A stretch of DNA of 64,000 nucleotides from an uncultured Chloroflexia bacterium (GTDB lineage: Bacteria; Chloroflexota; Anaerolineae; JAAYZQ01). The position numbers were made by a program, and so were the translations under genes. The notes below the pieces were generated by a model, which worked only from the letters and a program-made list of their open reading frames with translations, had not been told where the DNA came from and made no database searches. The stretch spans positions 672,001 to 736,000 of the forward strand of contig CAVOXA010000010.1 of NCBI GenBank assembly GCA_963700285.1, in the 5' to 3' direction. Below are positions 62,134-64,000 of this stretch, piece by piece. Each line of letters begins with the position of its first letter. Position 1 is the first letter of the stretch.

Positions 62134-63552
62134 TTGGTCCAGGAAGGAATTGGATGGATGTTCTCGAGCAACGATTCGCTCGACGAAACGAGCAGCAGCT
62201 TCCGTGATGTGGATCCAGTCCCTCTGGCACAGCCGACTGCGGAGAGAGCAAACAATCCAGTAGTCAATCTCAGTCTGCTGCAGGTAGAGTTGGATCTACT
62301 AGATGAAGCTGAGAAGTCAGCGCTGCAGGATCCGGACTTGCCCCTGCGCGAGCGACTTGAGCTTGTGGATTTTGTTCGAGAGCGGCGAACCGGGTTGGCG
62401 AAACAAGTTGGCAGCTTGAGGGCCACGGCAGCCGAGCGTGCGGCAGATGCAGACCTGTTGCCTACTGCACTGCCTGACCAAGATACCCTATCCAGGTTGC
62501 AGCGGGAGATGCAACGACAGGAGAAGGACTTGGCGAGCATCGAGGCGCGGATGCAGGCGATGGAATCTCAGAGGAACTCAGGCCCTTGGGCACTGCTGGA
62601 TCTAGTGCCGACCTTGCTTGTACTGTTGGTTCTAGCGGTTGTGGGCTTGGCCGGGGTTCTACTGCCCAGCCAAGCAGGTCTCAGCACGGATGCTCTTGTC
62701 GACAAGGGATTGCTTTATCAGGCCGCCGGCAAGAGAGAGAAGGCTATCGAGGTACTGGAGCGAGCAGTGCAGGCTGGCATTGATGACACTGAAACCCTAG
62801 CAGACGTAGGCGAGGCGTTTCGTCTGTCGGGGGTGCCAAGACAAGCCATTGAGGTGCTCGAGCGAGCAGTAGAGCAAGCAGAAGGCGTGGAGTCCTACCG
62901 TCTGAGTCTGGCAAGGAGTTATGCAGATGCAGGACAGAATTCCAAAGCCGTTGGACAGTACAAGACTTTGATTGAAGATGACCCGACCAACGTCTGGTAC
63001 TATGCAGAGCTAGGTCATCAGTTCAGAAACCTGGAAGACTATGGCAAAGCCTTGGCACAGTATCGAAAGATGGAGGAACTCAACCCCAGCGCTTGGGAAG
63101 CATACCATTATCAAGGCGAGGTGTATCTGCGAGATCTCGAACAATGTGCCCGGGCATTGCCGCTGCTCCAACAAGCCCTCGAGATCAACCGCAGCAGCTA
63201 CTGGACCCATCTACGGCTAGGCGAAGCTTACGCCTGTGAGAACCAGTACGTCGATGCCTTTCGCGAGTTTGCAGTCGCAAGAGAGATCAATCCGGGTGCA
63301 CCAGAGACCTATTACTATATGGGTGAGGCTTACGCGGCACAGGGACACTGGACTCAGGCAACAAGGTCTTATGAACAGGCACTGATGAGGAACGGCAGCT
63401 ACGCCGATGCGTATGTCGGTCTGGGAGACGCACATGCTGCTCAAGGCGATTGCTCAGAAGCAGTTATCCAGTTTGCCAGAGCACTCCGGCTCGATCCCGA
63501 CCATTCTGAGGCTCAGGAGGGTCTTGAGTCGTGTGCAAGGAGTAACAGGTGA
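62134..63552 (+). CDS. membrane-anchored TPR protein with N-terminal coiled coil
   Basis: Coiled coil, one TM helix, about 8 TPR repeats; start uncertain (62134 or 62158). Confidence 0.85.
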   Translation: MVQEGIGWMFSSNDSLDETSSSFRDVDPVPLAQPTAERANNPVVNLSLLQVELDLLDEAEKSALQDPDLPLRERLELVDFVRERRTGLAKQVGSLRATAAERAADADLLPTALPDQDTLSRLQREMQRQEKDLASIEARMQAMESQRNSGPWALLDLVPTLLVLLVLAVVGLAGVLLPSQAGLSTDALVDKGLLYQAAGKREKAIEVLERAVQAGIDDTETLADVGEAFRLSGVPRQAIEVLERAVEQAEGVESYRLSLARSYADAGQNSKAVGQYKTLIEDDPTNVWYYAELGHQFRNLEDYGKALAQYRKMEELNPSAWEAYHYQGEVYLRDLEQCARALPLLQQALEINRSSYWTHLRLGEAYACENQYVDAFREFAVAREINPGAPETYYYMGEAYAAQGHWTQATRSYEQALMRNGSYADAYVGLGDAHAAQGDCSEAVIQFARALRLDPDHSEAQEGLESCARSNR

Positions 63553-63691
63553 ACCGAAAGCGGCTCAGGACAGGCGCCCCGGTCCTACTGCTTCTCACGG
63601 ATGAGCCGCGGATGCGGGATTCAGGCGCCTGTCGGTATCTTGTTCGTGAGGATGGCCATCATCCGAACCTGTGGCCGTTGAACAGTCACAG

Positions 63692-64000
63692 ATGGTAAGT
63701 ACAGAAGCAACGAGACTGCTGATAGAGCACGGATTGGGACTCTGGCGCAGGCGCGCTGTGCGCCAGGCAGGCTGGCTGGTGGCTGCAACCATACTCAGTG
63801 GCGGGTTGAACTACCTGACGAATGCAGCGTTCGGACGCATACTGGGTCCTGCCGAGTATGGTGTCTATGCCGCGGTGTTATCATTGTACACAACTTGCAT
63901 AGCCCTGACAGGTGTGGTCCAGATCGTTGTAACCAACTACGCAGCCAGACTGGCCGCAGCCAATGACTGGCCCGCAATGCTCGGTATGGCACTGAGCATT
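63692..64000 (+). CDS. Wzx-like oligosaccharide flippase, truncated by window edge
   Basis: Own translation: ...GWLVAATILSGGLNYLTNAAFGRILGPAEYGVYAAVLSL, matching the R.LGP..YG signature. Confidence 0.8.
   Translation, partial: MVSTEATRLLIEHGLGLWRRRAVRQAGWLVAATILSGGLNYLTNAAFGRILGPAEYGVYAAVLSLYTTCIALTGVVQIVVTNYAARLAAANDWPAMLGMALSI

Overview
Bacterial chromosomal window of roughly 58-60% GC by eye. The gene content and protein style suggest an anaerobic Chloroflexota (Anaerolineae-like) genome; this is an inference. Housekeeping blocks with Bacillota-like synteny (fmt; rpsA-clpC-radA-PIN/TRAM-cysS-rlmB; truD/recA-recX-rny-spoVS; holB-ricT; rsmI) and three tRNAs (Tyr-GTA, Pro-GGG, Arg-CCT) alternate with accessory modules. 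The most striking module is an operon joining an AGAT-type amidinotransferase to an ArcE-type (COG2403) arginine synthetase. It lies back-to-back with a class-III omega-amino-acid aminotransferase and a LarA-family racemase, and may form an ATP-conserving catabolic route for guanidino compounds. A second unusual module is an Hsp20-Hsp20-half-ferritin-Crp/Fnr-ferritin-(half-ferritin::YyaL) cluster followed by a degenerate AcsE paralogue. Also present are a frameshifted PdtaS/PdtaR-like ANTAR two-component system, envelope genes (L,D-transpeptidase, clan-A glycoside hydrolase with Ig and F5/8 domains, GT39), an ABC-F gene with an attenuator-like leader, an IS3 remnant and the start of a polysaccharide locus. 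Several single-base frameshifts look like long-read assembly errors. All family assignments are by motif recognition only; no searches were run.
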